This document shows positions 16,111 through 30,654 of a stretch of 64,000 nucleotides of DNA, piece after piece (positions within the stretch are counted from its first letter, which is position 1; every line of letters begins with the position of its first letter). Below the pieces are notes generated by a model. That model was not told the DNA's origin. It was given only the letters and a program-made list of their open reading frames with translations, and did not search any database. The stretch lies in assembly GCA_009914755.4 (NCBI GenBank), contig CP068257.2, positions 40,320,001 through 40,384,000 of the forward strand. Direction: 5' to 3'. This stretch comes from the human T2T-CHM13v2.0 reference genome, Homo sapiens. The position numbers were made by a program, and so were the translations under genes.

Positions 16111-16469
16111 TAGAGCAGTGTGAAAACAGACTGATACAACAATATAATAAATAGTGATAGTATGGGATTATAACCCACAGAATAAAATCCATATCCATGA
16201 GTCCATATTGAGCTAAACAATCAGATAAATATCTCATTGGAGGAGAAATGACAGTTCTGTCTTGCGGGAGAGTTCCAAATAATAAAGACAGTAAGGAAGA
16301 GGAAACAGAAAGTCACCATCAAGAGAACTGCACCTGCGCCATCACTGCACACAAGATACACCAATGGTTGCGAAATCAGTGAGGAAGAGTTTAAGGAGCA
16401 ACGGGCTCTGTACAGGCTCAAAGCATCTCCCCACACTACCTGTTAACTACAGCAGGAAAGATAAAGGAG

Positions 16470-16830
16470 GTGACATGATGTGGATCTGTGTCCCTGCCCA
16501 AATCTCATGTCGAATTTTAATCTCCAGTGTTACCAGATGGGCCCGGTGGGAGGTGACTGGATCACGGTGCGGGGAGTTCTCATGAATGGCCTAGCACCAT
16601 CTCCCCTTGGTGCTGTACAGTGAGTGAGTTCTCATGAGATCTGGTTGTTTAAAAGTGTGTAGCACCTCCCGCCTCTTTCTCCCCCTCCTGCTCTGGGTCA
16701 TAGAAGATGACCTTCACCTTCCACCAGGATTGTAAGTTTCCTGAGGCCTCCGCAGAAGCAGAACCTGCTATACTTCCTGGACAGCAGAACCATCAGCCAA
16801 TTAAACCTCATTTCTTATAAACCACCAGTC
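16470..16830 (+). repeat. Copy 2 of the same ancient interspersed repeat family, in the same orientation.
   Basis: ...GGGAGGTGACTGGATCACGGTGCGGGGAGTTCTCATGAATGGCCTAGCACCATCTCCCCTTGGTGCTGTACAGTGAGTGAGTTCTCATGAGATCTGGTTGTTTAAAAGTGTGTAGCACCTCCC ... ACCAGGATTGTAAGTTTCCTGAGGCCTCCGCAGAAGCAGAACCTGC ... CAATTAAACCTCATTTCTTATAAACCACCAGTCTT. Confidence 0.6.
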
Positions 16831-17274
16831 TTTCTGGCATTTCTTTCTGGCAATGCAAGAAGGGACTAATACAGGAGGAGACATAAAATACAAGAGGATG
16901 ACCCCAGCAGAAGTCACCTTAACCAAGGCACCAAGCTCAGCATCCTCTACAACAAGACACGCTGACATCACAAGCCCCAGACACAGTGCACACCACTTCT
17001 GTGGTTTGTGTAATCTCGCTCCAACCATATGAAAATGCCAGGCAAATGGAAAGACAGTCAGCAAAATAATGATCAACAGTCTTTAGTTATCAAGGTCATA
17101 AAAAACAAAGAAAGACTGAGAAACCCTGACAGACTGCAGGTGATGAAGAAGGAACAACTCAACGCCACAGGTACCCTTAATGGGACCCTAGAACAATACA
17201 AGGAGACAGGTGGAAAACTGGTGAAATTCAAAGAAGGCCTTCGCTTTTGTTGTTAGGCATTGTGACAATGTTAA

Positions 17275-17727
<453 letters not shown>

Positions 17728-19734
17728 TAGTAACATGCCACCAATGTTAATTTCTTGGTTCTGATCATTGAGCTGTGGTTATGCAAGGTTGAGTGAGGAA
17801 TATATGAAAGTTGAATTATTTTTTCAACTTTTCTGTGAAAGCAGTTCAAAATAAAAAGTTTAAAAAATAAGACTTTAAAGAGAGCAGCCCACCTTTATTG
17901 TCTCACTATGTCCCAGGCATTTTGCTAAATGTCTCACACAGATCTGATCTCACCTCTAGGAGAGTGGATTTTGTTTTCTGGATTGAATCCAGTTTTCCCT
18001 TCTGCAGATGATGCACAGAGACTCTCCCAGGATCGCACAGCTAGGAGGGTAGAGCTGGAGCACAAAGCAAACCCGCAACCAGCTCCAGAGCTTCCCCACG
18101 GGCCCTTCCACGGGCTGAAGAAGTGCCTTCCCTCCTCAGCAACCTACCAGGGGCCCGCGGGAGTGGAAGTTAGCGTTGGGGGAATTTTAGTTGATGTGAA
18201 CGCTACACCCACACTTTACTGAATCCCTGTCTTGTTGGGAGAATGGGTTAGTGCAAAGAACAAACTGAACTGGCGCCTATTCCTGGGTTTGGCATTGATG
18301 ACTTGCAAAGTCATCAGAGCCTCCTTTAATGTTGATGCTTTAGAAGTGAAAAACAAAGCACATTAAACAGCTTGTTTTGCCCAGGCCTGGCTGGCTCCCA
18401 AGACAGAAGGCCTGAGTCCAGATGGGGGAATGGGCATCACCACTGTTTCTCCTCCTCCAGAGGCCCATGATTCACCCCACTGAGACCAGGGCCTGCCCCG
18501 AGCCGGCTTTGTGCTGGGCACTGGGTCTGGCTCTGCCCAGACAGCCCCTGGCTCTGCCCCAGCTCACAATGCCGGGAGCTGACCAGGGCATAAGTGACTC
18601 CGGGGGGGTCGGGAGGAGGGCAGGGCGGGGAGCATCTTGGCTGAAGGGGAGGATCAGGGACCTCTGAGCTGAGACCCAAAAGATTTAGAGAAGTTAAATA
18701 AGCAGGAAAAAAGATAAGAATTCCAAACAAAAGGAATGACCCGTGGGAAGGCCCACACAGGAAAGGTCCCTGGACACTGGAGCAACAGAAGGGGTCACGG
18801 TGGAGGGTGCAGGGTTCACAGCCCCAAAGAGGCCCAAGTTCCTTCTACTGGAGGAGGGAAGGGCAGCTCCATGGTCCTTCCCCACAGTGGTCACCACAGT
18901 TCTACCAACTGGCTTCCTACACCACAGCCACTGTCATTGGTCAAGGAGTTTGGACTTCGTGAGCACAACTGGAAGGTCATTATATAATGCAAAGACTCTG
19001 AAGTCTGGTGGCCACTTTGTTTACTTTTTAAATGCAGAAACTCCTATTCAAGTCAGTGCTATTAATAATATGTTCCAAGTCCACACAGCATCTTTTTTTT
19101 TTTTTTTTTTTTTTTCTTTTTTTTTACAAAGACCATAATGATCATAGTCTTGATCATTTGCAATTAGAACATTCCTCTAAAGAAACCCTGGGCTGAAGGA
19201 CTAAAGAAACAAACAGCGTTGGGGACCCTCCTAGTCCGGGGCCTCATCCCACTCAGGTGGGCCGCTACCAGACAAGCCCAGAGCACAGGCCACGGAACAC
19301 AGGCCTCGCTTCGGGACAGGTGCTGCCCACACATGGTCCAGACAGCATCAGCCTTGGGAGGAGTTCTGGGCAGCCCACGGGCAGCGGCCATCAGAGGCAA
19401 GCATGCTGGATCCCAGAGTCGAGGAGACTGTAGGACAGCAGTCCCGGAGACTCCCAAGGGGATGTTGGGGGTGTAACTGATTATCATGGACCACTTTGTA
19501 AATATTGATGTAATCGCAGGGGAGCAAAAGGAAAAGCTCAACTGCTGCTTTTGGATACCATAATATTAGTTCTCAGTCTAAGGAGCCTGACCTGAGACTG
19601 AGCCAGTTCTGGGATCTTCTGTTCTGTGTGACCAAAGAGTGATCACATCAATGGGAATTAGGGGTCTGCAACACCACACCAAGTGGAGAGGCAAGAGTCA
19701 AAGCTCAAACAATTGCTTTTACGTGGTGCTGGGT

Positions 19735-20390
19735 GAAAGAGGAACTCTATTTACACTGTTGGTGGGAGTGTAAATTAGTTCAACCATTGTGGAAGACAGT
19801 GTGACGATTCCTCAAGGATCTAGAACTACAAATACCATTTGACCCAGCGATCCCATTACTGGGTATATATCCAAAGGATTATAAATCATGCTACTATAAA
19901 GACACATGCACACATGTTTATTGCAGCATTATTCCCAATAGCAAAGACTTGGAACCAACCCAAATGCCCATCAATGATAGACTGGATTAAGAAAATGTGG
20001 CACATATACACCATGGAATACTATGCAGCCATAAAAAAGGATGAGTTCATGTCCTTTGCAGGGACATGGATGAAGCTGAAAACTATCACTCTAAGCAAAG
20101 TATCACAAGGACAGAAAACCAAACACCGCATGTTCTCACTCATAGGTGGGAGTTGAACAATGAGAACACATGGACACAGGGCGGGCAACATCACACACCA
20201 GGGCCTGTCAGGGACTGGGCGGCTGGGGAAGGGATAGCACTAGGACAAATACCTAATGTAAATGACAAGTTGATGGGTGCAGCAAACCAACATGGCACAT
20301 GTATACCTATGTAACAACCTGCACGTTGTGCACATGTACCCTAGAACTTAAAGTATCATAATAAAAAAAAAAAGGAAAAAAAAGAAAGAG
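19735..20390 (+). mobile_element. L1 (L1PA-like) 3' end with an A-tail.
   Basis: ...TTACACTGTTGGTGGGAGTGTAAATTAGTTCAACCATTGTGGAAGACAGTGTGGCGATTCCTCAAGGATCTAGAACTA(G/C)AAATACCATTTGACCCAGC(A/G)ATCCCATTACTGGGTATATA... ...GGGAGTTGAACAATGAGAACACATGGACACAGGG... ...AATGTAAATGACAAGTTGATGGGTGCAGCAAACCAACATGGCACATGTATACCTATGTAACAA(C/A)CTGCACGTTGTGCACATGTACCCTAGAACTTAAAGTATAATAAAAAAAAA is the canonical L1PA 3' end. Confidence 0.95.
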
Positions 20391-22954
20391 GAACTCTGAT
20401 GGATGGCAAGTGTGTACTAGCAGCTTCTCACCAGTGATTCTCAACCATGGGACACTCTCAAAGTGTGCTCCCCAAGCCTACTGAGGCGGATGTGGGGGGC
20501 AGGCACGTGTGTCACTAAGCTCTCTGGGCAAGACTCCTGTGATCCCTGCACACCTGGCGTCCACCTGGCCAGCAGGCAGATCAGCAATGGTTTCCTCCAA
20601 AGTCAGTGCAAATCACTGTCACATATAATTTAGACCCCTTTCTGGAGTGAGGGTGGGAATCCGAGGTCCCCTGCAATACGGGGAGTCAGTGCTGCTGCAG
20701 TGGTCATCAGAGAGCAGGAGGACTCCTCCGGTGCTGACCAGTCCTTGGATCCTGGAAGGTGCGAGCCCCACTGTTTGGGATAACACATTAACAACTCTAC
20801 TCTCTGAGCTCTTCTCGCTGGCTCTCATTTAAAGGAAACATTTAGGTCTCCAAGTTGATACTGCATCCCACCAGGGAACAGGCTGCAGCCACCAATGCGC
20901 AGACCTTGGCAAATTCCTCCAGTTCACGGGCCTCAGTCTCCCCTTCTGGAGAAGGGGCTTGGCTAGAAGAGTTTAGGGTTTCTTTCCATCTTAAAATACA
21001 AAGGTGGGGTAAAACTTGGAATGGGAGGAGTTATTGTCTCAATTGGACAGAAAATTCCACTTTTCAGACAGAATGCTGGACATGATTAAGTTATTACCAG
21101 TGTCTTCTCAATCCCTAAGCGACAGGCCAAGAACTGGTCTCCTCCCTGGGTAGGACAGAGTGATATCAGGACAAGGCAGAGGCAGGAGGGGGAGCACTAA
21201 GCTGTAGCTGTCCAGGCGAGAGCGGGCTTGGAGTGTCAGCCCTAATCCGGGATTAGTGGGAATGGAGGTGGGGGAGGGCAGCCACGAATGGACACAGCAG
21301 CCCCTGCTCTCCCACACCGCCATCACTGTCACAACAGCGATGGCCCAGGATGCTGGGATGTGTGTGACAATCGCTGGACTCGGGGCGGCCAGGAATGCAA
21401 ACACCACTACCTGCTCACCCACAATGCCATCACTGACACGGCAGCGACGGCTCAGGATGCCGGGAGGGTGTGTGACCGTCACTCACAGGGAGCCCAGTCA
21501 CCCAGATCCTATCTGCCTGCAAAACCTTCCATTTGAATGCAAATCAAATGACATTCCCAGGCATCAGGGCTGTGTTCCCCCACCCCCGTCCCCAGGAAAG
21601 TAAGCAATACCAAAAACTGACATCACAGAACTAATGGACTATGTCCATGCAAAAATGCCAGAGATGGCCCTGGGTTGCTTTGAGCATGAATCCGGGACAC
21701 TGTTGCCTCTTCCAGGCAGGAGGTCAGGAGAGACAGGTGTCTGAGACTGCAGTGTGTGGCCAACAGCAGAGAGAGAACAGAGAAGGCGCAAACAAGGTGA
21801 GACCCTCTCTCCTCTCCCTGAACGCAACCCCTCCCTGCTCCCACACAAAGACTCAAGTAAAAAGTTTTCATCCAAAACTTTCAAATATTTCTTTCAGTGT
21901 TCTCAGATTGACTTGACCAGCCTAAGACAGATGCCAGGGACATCCTCTTCTCTGCCTCTCAACACTTCAGTCAGATGGGAATATGGAAGGATCATATCCA
22001 AGAGGATCATATTTTCTGAAGCCAATCCATAGATGTCAGGAAACGAACCATCCCAAATATACAGGAGGTAGGGTCACTGCCTCTAAGCCTGAAACTCCAG
22101 AGTTAGAAGCTGAACTTAAAGGTCATTCACCCAACACTTGCCTGCCTCCTACAAAGGACACAGATGAGACTGGTGCCCAATCAAGCCACCAGCCTGGAGG
22201 GGACTCAGCCTCAGAAGCCTTGATTCCAGGTCAGTCAGGGGTCAGTGATGGCAGCTTCCTGGGGAAATACCTGCATTTGCTCCTGGATGTGAGGCCAACA
22301 GGGGTGGAGGGCTCCCACAAGAGACAGCTGGTTTCCCTGAGACACTCTCCAGCTCTGGACAGCTGAGGCACAGATTCTGGGCACCAGGACAAAAGTCAGT
22401 CAACTGACCCTGAAGCCTTTTTCCTCCAAAAAGTACAGTCATTTATGTTCTTTTTCAAGAGTTCAAAACAAGGTCTCTTGATTTGTTGGATGGCTGCTAA
22501 CTGATAGTCAAAGCTTTTTTGTTTTTTAATTCCATGGCCATGTCTTCCAAGGCCATGCACAAGGACCAGGCACAGGGCCCGCCATGGAATATTTTGAAGG
22601 TTGATGGGGCCGGACATTGAAAATGAGCAATTCTGCTATTTCCACAGCGAATGACCACTGAGCTGCACAGGCATGTGCAGGAAACTGTGGCCTGGAAGGG
22701 CGGAGCAGCGGCCAAGACTAGGGGTGCCTCCCCAAACCCACCCAGGCTCCAACTTCTCCTGTGAAATGCCTAAGAATAGTACATGCCAGGAGCTTGTCGT
22801 TATACTAAGATGTCTTAAAAGCAAAAATAAGTCAACGAGTAATCAGCGACTACAGAAACACCCACAGGACTGTGAGGCAGCAGAGGTAAGACACGAGGCC
22901 CTTAGCTTGCAGGCCAGGGCAGCTGGATTCACATGCCAGCTCTGCCGCCCACGA

Positions 22955-23130
22955 GCTGTGTGGCACTGGGCAGGCTGCTTGCCCTCTCCGGGCCTTGGTT
23001 TCCTCATCTGTAAAACAGTGATAACACCCCTGTCCCGGGAGTTGTGAGGATTCAGAGATGGCAGACGCACCGAAAGCCTCGGTAGGATGTCTGCCCAGCG
23101 GCTGGCCCTCAGCAAACGGTCACTATTTTT
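22955..23130 (+). repeat. MIR (ancient tRNA-derived SINE) fragment.
   Basis: ...CTGTGTGGCACTGGGCAGGCTGCTTGCCCTCTCCGGGCCTTGGTTTCCTCATCTGTAAAACAGTGATAACACCCCTGTCCCGGGAGTTGTGAGGATTCAGAGATGGCA ... GCCTCGGTAGGATGTCTGCCCAGCGGCTGGCCCTCAGCAAACGGTCACTATTTT matches the MIR core (CTGTGTGACCTTGGGCAAGTCACTTAACCTCTCTGAGCCTCAGTTTCCTCATCTGTAAAATGGG...GTTGTGAGGATTAAATGAGATAATG...GCACAGTGCCTGGCACATAGTAAGCGCTCAATAAATG). Confidence 0.75.
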
Positions 23131-23249
23131 ATATGCCAAGAAATGCAAGTCTTTGGAGATAAATTCTTGGTGAAATTCAGCTCTATGAGAGGCGGAAGCA
23201 CATTGGGGTCACAGCTATTCATGTATCATGTGCAAGCTCAGTAAGTGTC

Positions 23250-24560
<1,311 letters not shown>

Positions 24561-24749
24561 CAGGGTGATTTCGAGGACTGCCATTTGCTCGCCAGCGAGA
24601 CAGGATCCAGGCTCAGTCCTCGGAAAGTCCCTGGAAATCCGTGGCTGCCCCTGGAGCCAGGGGCTGGGCCTGCCTTAGGGGGCGTGCTTCTCAGAGGCAA
24701 GGAGGGGCTCAGCACCAGGCCCAGGCCCTGCCTTCTGTGTGGCTGTGTC

Positions 24750-25625
24750 ATTCATTCAGTGTGCGGGTGGGGCGGGGGTGCATGTGGTGTGATGTGTGTG
24801 GCGCATGTGGTGTGATGTGTTGTGGGTGTGGTGTGTGGTGCACAGGATGGTGTGAGTGTGTATGTGTGGTGCATGGGTGTGGTGTGTGTGTAAGCGTGGT
24901 GCATGTGGTGTGGTATGTGTGTTGCGTGCCAGTGTGGTGCATGTGGTGTGTGTGATGTGTAAGCGTGGTGCATGTGGTGTGGTGCGTGTGTGGTGTGTCG
25001 GTGTGGTGCATGGGTGTGTGTACGTGTGATGTGTAAGTGCACAGCATGTGGTGTATGTGTGTGGTGTGTGGTGCACAGGATGGTGCGAGTGTGTATGGTG
25101 GTGCATGGGTGTGTATGTGTGATGTATAAGTGCAGTGTGTGTGGTGTGTGTGTGTGGTGTGTGTGTGTGATGTGTAAGCGTGGTGCATGTGGTGTGGTGC
25201 GTGTGTGGTGTGTCGGTGTGGTGCATGGGTGTGTGTACGTGTGATGTGTAAGTGCACAGCATGTGGTGTGTGTGTGTGGTGCATGTGGTGTGTGTGGTGT
25301 GTATGTGTGATGTGGTGTGGTGTATGTATGTGGTGTGTCAGTGTGGTGCGTGTGTGTGTGGTGCACAGGGTGATGTGAGCGTGTGTGTGTGGCACATGGG
25401 TGTGGTGTGGTGCTGTGTGTATATGTATTGTGTAAGTGCGTTGCATGTGGTGTGGTTTGTGTGTGTGGTGAACACGGTGGTGTGTGTATGTGTGGTACAT
25501 GGATGTGGAGTGTGTGTATGTGTAATGTGTGAGTGCGGTGCATGTGGCGTGGTGTGTGGGTGGTGTGTCAGTGTGGTGCATGTGGTATGGTGTGTGTGTG
25601 TGTGGTGTGGTGTGTGGGACATGCC
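24750..25625. repeat. ~870-bp GT-rich imperfect minisatellite / higher-order repeat lying 0.2-1.1 kb upstream of the C2CD2 CpG island. Its units are built from GTGTGG / TGCATG / GTGTGATGTGTAAG.
   Basis: The sequence is almost entirely G+T on the plus strand, e.g. ...GGTGTGTGGTGCACAGGATGGTGTGAGTGTGTATGTGTGGTGCATGGGTGTGGTGTGTGTGTAAGCGTGGTGCATGTGGTGTGGTATGTGTG... A ~110-bp block (GTGTGATGTGTAAGCGTGGTGCATGTGGTGTGGTGCGTGTGTGGTGTGTCGGTGTGGTGCATGGGTGTGTGTACGTGTGATGTGTAAGTGCACAGCATGTGGTGT) recurs almost identically at about 24946 and about 25168, giving a period near 222 bp. Confidence 0.9.
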
Positions 25626-26066
25626 CCTGTGCCCTCCTCTTGCAGAGTGGACGCGGTCCTTAGGGAGTGCCATAGAAACATACTAGCCTGAGATTCTCCG
25701 GGGCCTAAAACAGGCCTAAACCATAAAAAAGTGATTCCCCTGTTATTTTCTGCAGCTGTATTAAGGGGACTTGACCTTGAAAGGAATTAGATAGACTGAG
25801 CATTTGGCCTTCTCTTCCCTAGCCAGGAGTCTGCTGCGGGGCCAGTGGATGGTCCATCAGAGGGGATTCTGGCCCTGAATCCGTGGGCCCGGATTTTCTT
25901 CAGGAAAGAGGAAGGAATGGCACAGCAGCTGGACGGAGAGCCTTTGTGGGGAACAGGATAGGACGCTGTCAGGGAGGTGAAATTAGACGGGGATTGCCCA
26001 GGTGAGCTGGGGATGGACCCTTGCGAGCCAGGTCTGTTATCAGAAAGTGGAAATAAGAATGAGACT

Positions 26067-26332
<266 letters not shown>

Positions 26333-26721
26333 TTACACACGAGCGCTCCAGTCTGCCGCAGCCTCTTAAGGGTGGGGGGAACTGCTCTTCTTTTCTTCTA
26401 TTCTGTGTTATTTTAGGCAGAAACAAAAGAAATCCCTTCTTATTTGGCAGAAAAGTCTAATTATGTTCTGACCTGTAGCTAGACCTATGCAGTCAGATAA
26501 TTCGAGTCCTGCTGGTCCCCTTGCCAGAATAACCGGGGTGAGGAATCCGAGGGCCCAGTGTTCCCCATGCCATGTGTGCACACAGGCCGCCTGCGGCTGT
26601 GTGGGCAGTGACGAGAGCCTGTCCTGTGTGACCGGTGGAACCCGTCTCATTCCTTCAGGTCTCAGGTGTGCTGGCCCATCCCACTTACTTATTTAGAGGC
26701 TTGTAACAAACTGTAAACTAA

Positions 26722-27084
<363 letters not shown>

Positions 27085-29029
27085 CCCGTTAAGTGTTTTC
27101 AAAGATAATGTCAACATGTAGATATTGGATTACTTACGTGTAGAAGCAAATCGAGGGAAAATAAGGAATGATGCAGGCTTGCAGGACAATGCAGTTGGCC
27201 AAAACACGAAATCGGAACAGAAACATCTTATAAATCTATGAAAAAGAGCAGGCTCCCTTTACACAAGCTCCCAGCCCTACACATCCACCAACTCCCAGTC
27301 CCCTTCTCCCACTGCAGAAGACACTGGAGGGCTGGGTTCTCCCAGAGCACAGGATTCTGCCTCACCCCCAGTGACATTTCCTGCTCCCGGCACCTCTCTC
27401 TCCACCACATCTCCCTTCCACCCAAGGAGTGAGACTGCAGCTCTGCCCGGGGAGGGCTTCTGTCTCCACCAAAACCTTCAAATGGGTCTCTGTCACTCTG
27501 CAGTGGTTGTTTGCTATTTTTAGCTGCTCATAAAGGGAAAGCACTGTGGCTGTGGCCCCTCCTGCATGCTCACCTTGAGCTCCCAGCTCCCAGCTGTTTA
27601 GGTCAAGCTAAGCCCGCTTCCCATCCATCTGCTGGGTCCACCAGAAACCTTGAACCAGGGCTGCCTTCGCTAGCATGGCAGGCCTCCAGGCGGGAAGGAG
27701 GAAGCCAAGTGTCTAAATTCTTCATAATGCTTTACAGTAGCTGGGTTTGAGGCCACAGTCAAGAGCCACTGCTCTATTTTTCACTTTAAAACATTTCTAA
27801 ATGCTGGTGGTGGAGATGAGAATTGTCTGTTGGATGATCTCTGCTGAGTCACCCAGTCTTGGGTGCAGTGCCTCATCCCTGCCTCAAAGCTGTAAGTCTT
27901 TGAACGTCTTCCTCTCCCAAGCCCAGGAGGTTCTGGGATGCTGTGACATTTTTAGAAATTAATAGATATGTCTAGTGTCATGTATGTCATGTATCGCACG
28001 TCTATAAACAGTTATACTTTGTTATACTTTTGGGTTTTAAAAAATTCTTTTAGAAAAATGTGGGACTTTTGTTAAGTTTTCAATGTCATTCTTAAATTTC
28101 TAGAAGCAGGGAAAAGAAGAGCGTCCAAAATGTTTATAGTTTGTCTCTGAGTGAAAAGTTTCCCCTTCACCCTGAAGCAGTTCACATTATTAGTATCGCT
28201 TGAATTATCAAGTTGTGCCCCAATATTGTGAGACCAGCACCTTGGGGGCCCCGGGGAGCTGTGATGGTCACTTCACAGGCCCTACCAGGGACCTCTAGCA
28301 AGTGGAAATACACAGCTTCCCCCCAGCAGCACTTGGGGGCAGACGTTTCGAGAATTCCCTCTTAGCAAAATGCTTTTAGCACTTGGCTCAGTGCCCTCGG
28401 CAGCTGCTGTGGGAAGCGAGATTTCTGGAGACCAGAGAGGCTGTGGAGACATTTGACCCAATCTCCTTGGCTCCATCTCACTGGCTTAGTCATTTCCACC
28501 ACCTGGAGGCTGGAATGTGCTTCGAGTCTATTTCCTGTACTGCTCACAGGGTCAATACCGGAGCCGGCGGACCCAACCAAAGGTCACCCGTGGCCAGAGC
28601 CTGGCCCGGCGCCAGACAGGGCTTTCCCCCCGAAGAGGGGCCGTGAGTTCTTCTAGTAATCATTTGCATGACTTATGGAGATGCTGTTCATGATGCCTTC
28701 CCCAGGAGGAAAGCAGCAATGCTGAGTAACTGCACTAACTCCCCAGGTGAGCCTCAGATGCCGCGTGAACAGTCTCTGAGAGTGAAGACCAGACTGCACG
28801 TCTGCCGTCCCTCCCAGGACCGACTGATGGAAATGGTAGTGCCATCGGCTGAGCCCCTGCCACCCTCTTGCTCCCTCCCGGGTCCCCACAGATGCACCAG
28901 GCACCCTTAGGCACCTTACGGGCGTTCAGAAAGTCATGGCTGTGTGTACCGAGCATTTCCCACCATCAGATACCACCTGGGTACTCAACTTCATGGACTT
29001 GCTTCATTTTCACAGCAACACGCAAACGA

Positions 29030-29165
29030 GAGCATCGCCCCATTTTAAAAATAAGGAAACTGAGTTCAGAGAAGCTCAGTAACTATCCAAGGCCACCCAG
29101 CAAGAAAGTGGCTGAGGCAGGGTTTGACCCCAGGGGCCGTGTTCTCTCCATCTCCTTTCATAAAG
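29030..29165 (-). repeat. MIR fragment (reverse orientation).
   Basis: CCCCATTTTAAAAATAAGGAAACTGAGTTCAGAGAAGCTCAGTAACTATCCAAGGCCACCCAGCAAGAAAGTGGCTGAGGCAGGGTTTGACCCCAGGGGCCGTGTTCTCT matches the reverse complement of the MIR core (CCATTTTACAGATGAGGAAACTGAGGCTCAGAGAGGTTAAGTGACTTGCCCAAGGTCACACAGC...). Confidence 0.75.
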
Positions 29166-29822
29166 GTCAAGGCAAACAAATTCTCCAAAAAGAGAAAAAT
29201 GTTAAAAGCTGGAAATAGAGGCCCCATTGCTAACATTCATGTGCAAAGATCTGCCTGAAGAATTGTCTTTTGTGTTCTGAAGTCCAGGAGACATGGCCTC
29301 TCAAACCCAGAGGGGAAGTTCACTCCCGGAGCTTCTGTGAAGTCCCAAGTCCTTTCTGGGAAAGACGAGAGATGAATCCAGCCCTAGCATTTGCCGTGAT
29401 CAGTGTCTCTGCACAGGCGCCCACCTAGGAGAGCCTCCCAGGGTGTCCACCACCCACCCTAACAGTGAACAGCAGATACGCTGCTCCTTCAAATCCCACC
29501 CTGGTGGCGGCTCCTCAGGGACCCTGAGTCACGCCATGATGCTGGGAGGCGGCCGGGCAGCGTCAGAGGCAGGGCCTGCCAGCCTGCTGCAGGCCAGCCA
29601 GGCCTGCCAAGAGTCTGCCCCGGGCAACCCCGATGATGCATCCTGCGAGACTGTGCCCATGCCGGGCAGACGAAGGAATGTGGCCCAGATGGCTGCCCTG
29701 CCTCTGCCAGGTGGCTTGGTTAAGCCTCCCTTGGGAATGCCCAGGAGCAAGGTGACTTGACATTTTTGCCTGTACCCAAGGCTGGGACCAATTTTATGAA
29801 TGAAAATATTTAACTTCGATTC

Positions 29823-30197
<375 letters not shown>

Positions 30198-30357
30198 TCC
30201 GCCCCCAATTTTTAAATATATTTCCAAGGAGGCCGTTGCATAAATTGTCTATTTTCTCCAACTCCAAAGAATGCTGGTCCCACACCTATGCACTGATAAC
30301 CAAAATCACACTGTTGCAGGAATTGACCTAGAGGAATTGACCTCATGATGTGTTCCT

Positions 30358-30654
30358 GGGCCGGGCCCCTGTAATCCCAGCACTTTGGAAGGAGGCCGAG
30401 GCAGGAGGATAGCTTGAGCTCAGGCATTCAAGACCAGCCTGGGTAACAAAGTGAGACTCCTTCTCTATTAAAAAAATAAAAATAAAAATTAGCCAGGCGT
30501 GGTGGCTTATGCCTGCGGTCCCAGCTACATAGGAGGCTGAGGCAGGAGGATCATTTGAGCCCAAGAGGTTGAGGCTGCAGTAAACCATGTTTGCACCACT
30601 GCACTCCAGCCTGGGCAACAGAGCAAAGACCTTGTCTTGAAAAAAATAAAAAAA
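30358..30654 (+). mobile_element. Alu SINE (forward). With 29905-30197 it forms an inverted Alu pair about 160 bp apart.
   Basis: GGCCGGGCCCCTGTAATCCCAGCACTTTGGAAGGAGGCCGAGGCAGGAGGATAGCTTGAGCTCAGGCATTCAAGACCAGCCTGGGTAACAAAGTGAGACTCC ... CACTGCACTCCAGCCTGGGCAACAGAGCAAAGACCTTGTCTTGAAAAAAATAAAAAAA. Confidence 0.9.

Noticed and set aside
24748-25686. His/Thr-rich (HTHTHH...) 277-aa and 263-aa minus-strand ORFs, and Cys/Val/Trp-rich plus-strand ORFs.
   Set aside because: They are pure translations of the GT/CA-rich minisatellite (CAC=H, ACA/ACC=T; GTG=V, TGT/TGC=C, TGG=W), so a low-complexity repeat is being read, not a gene.
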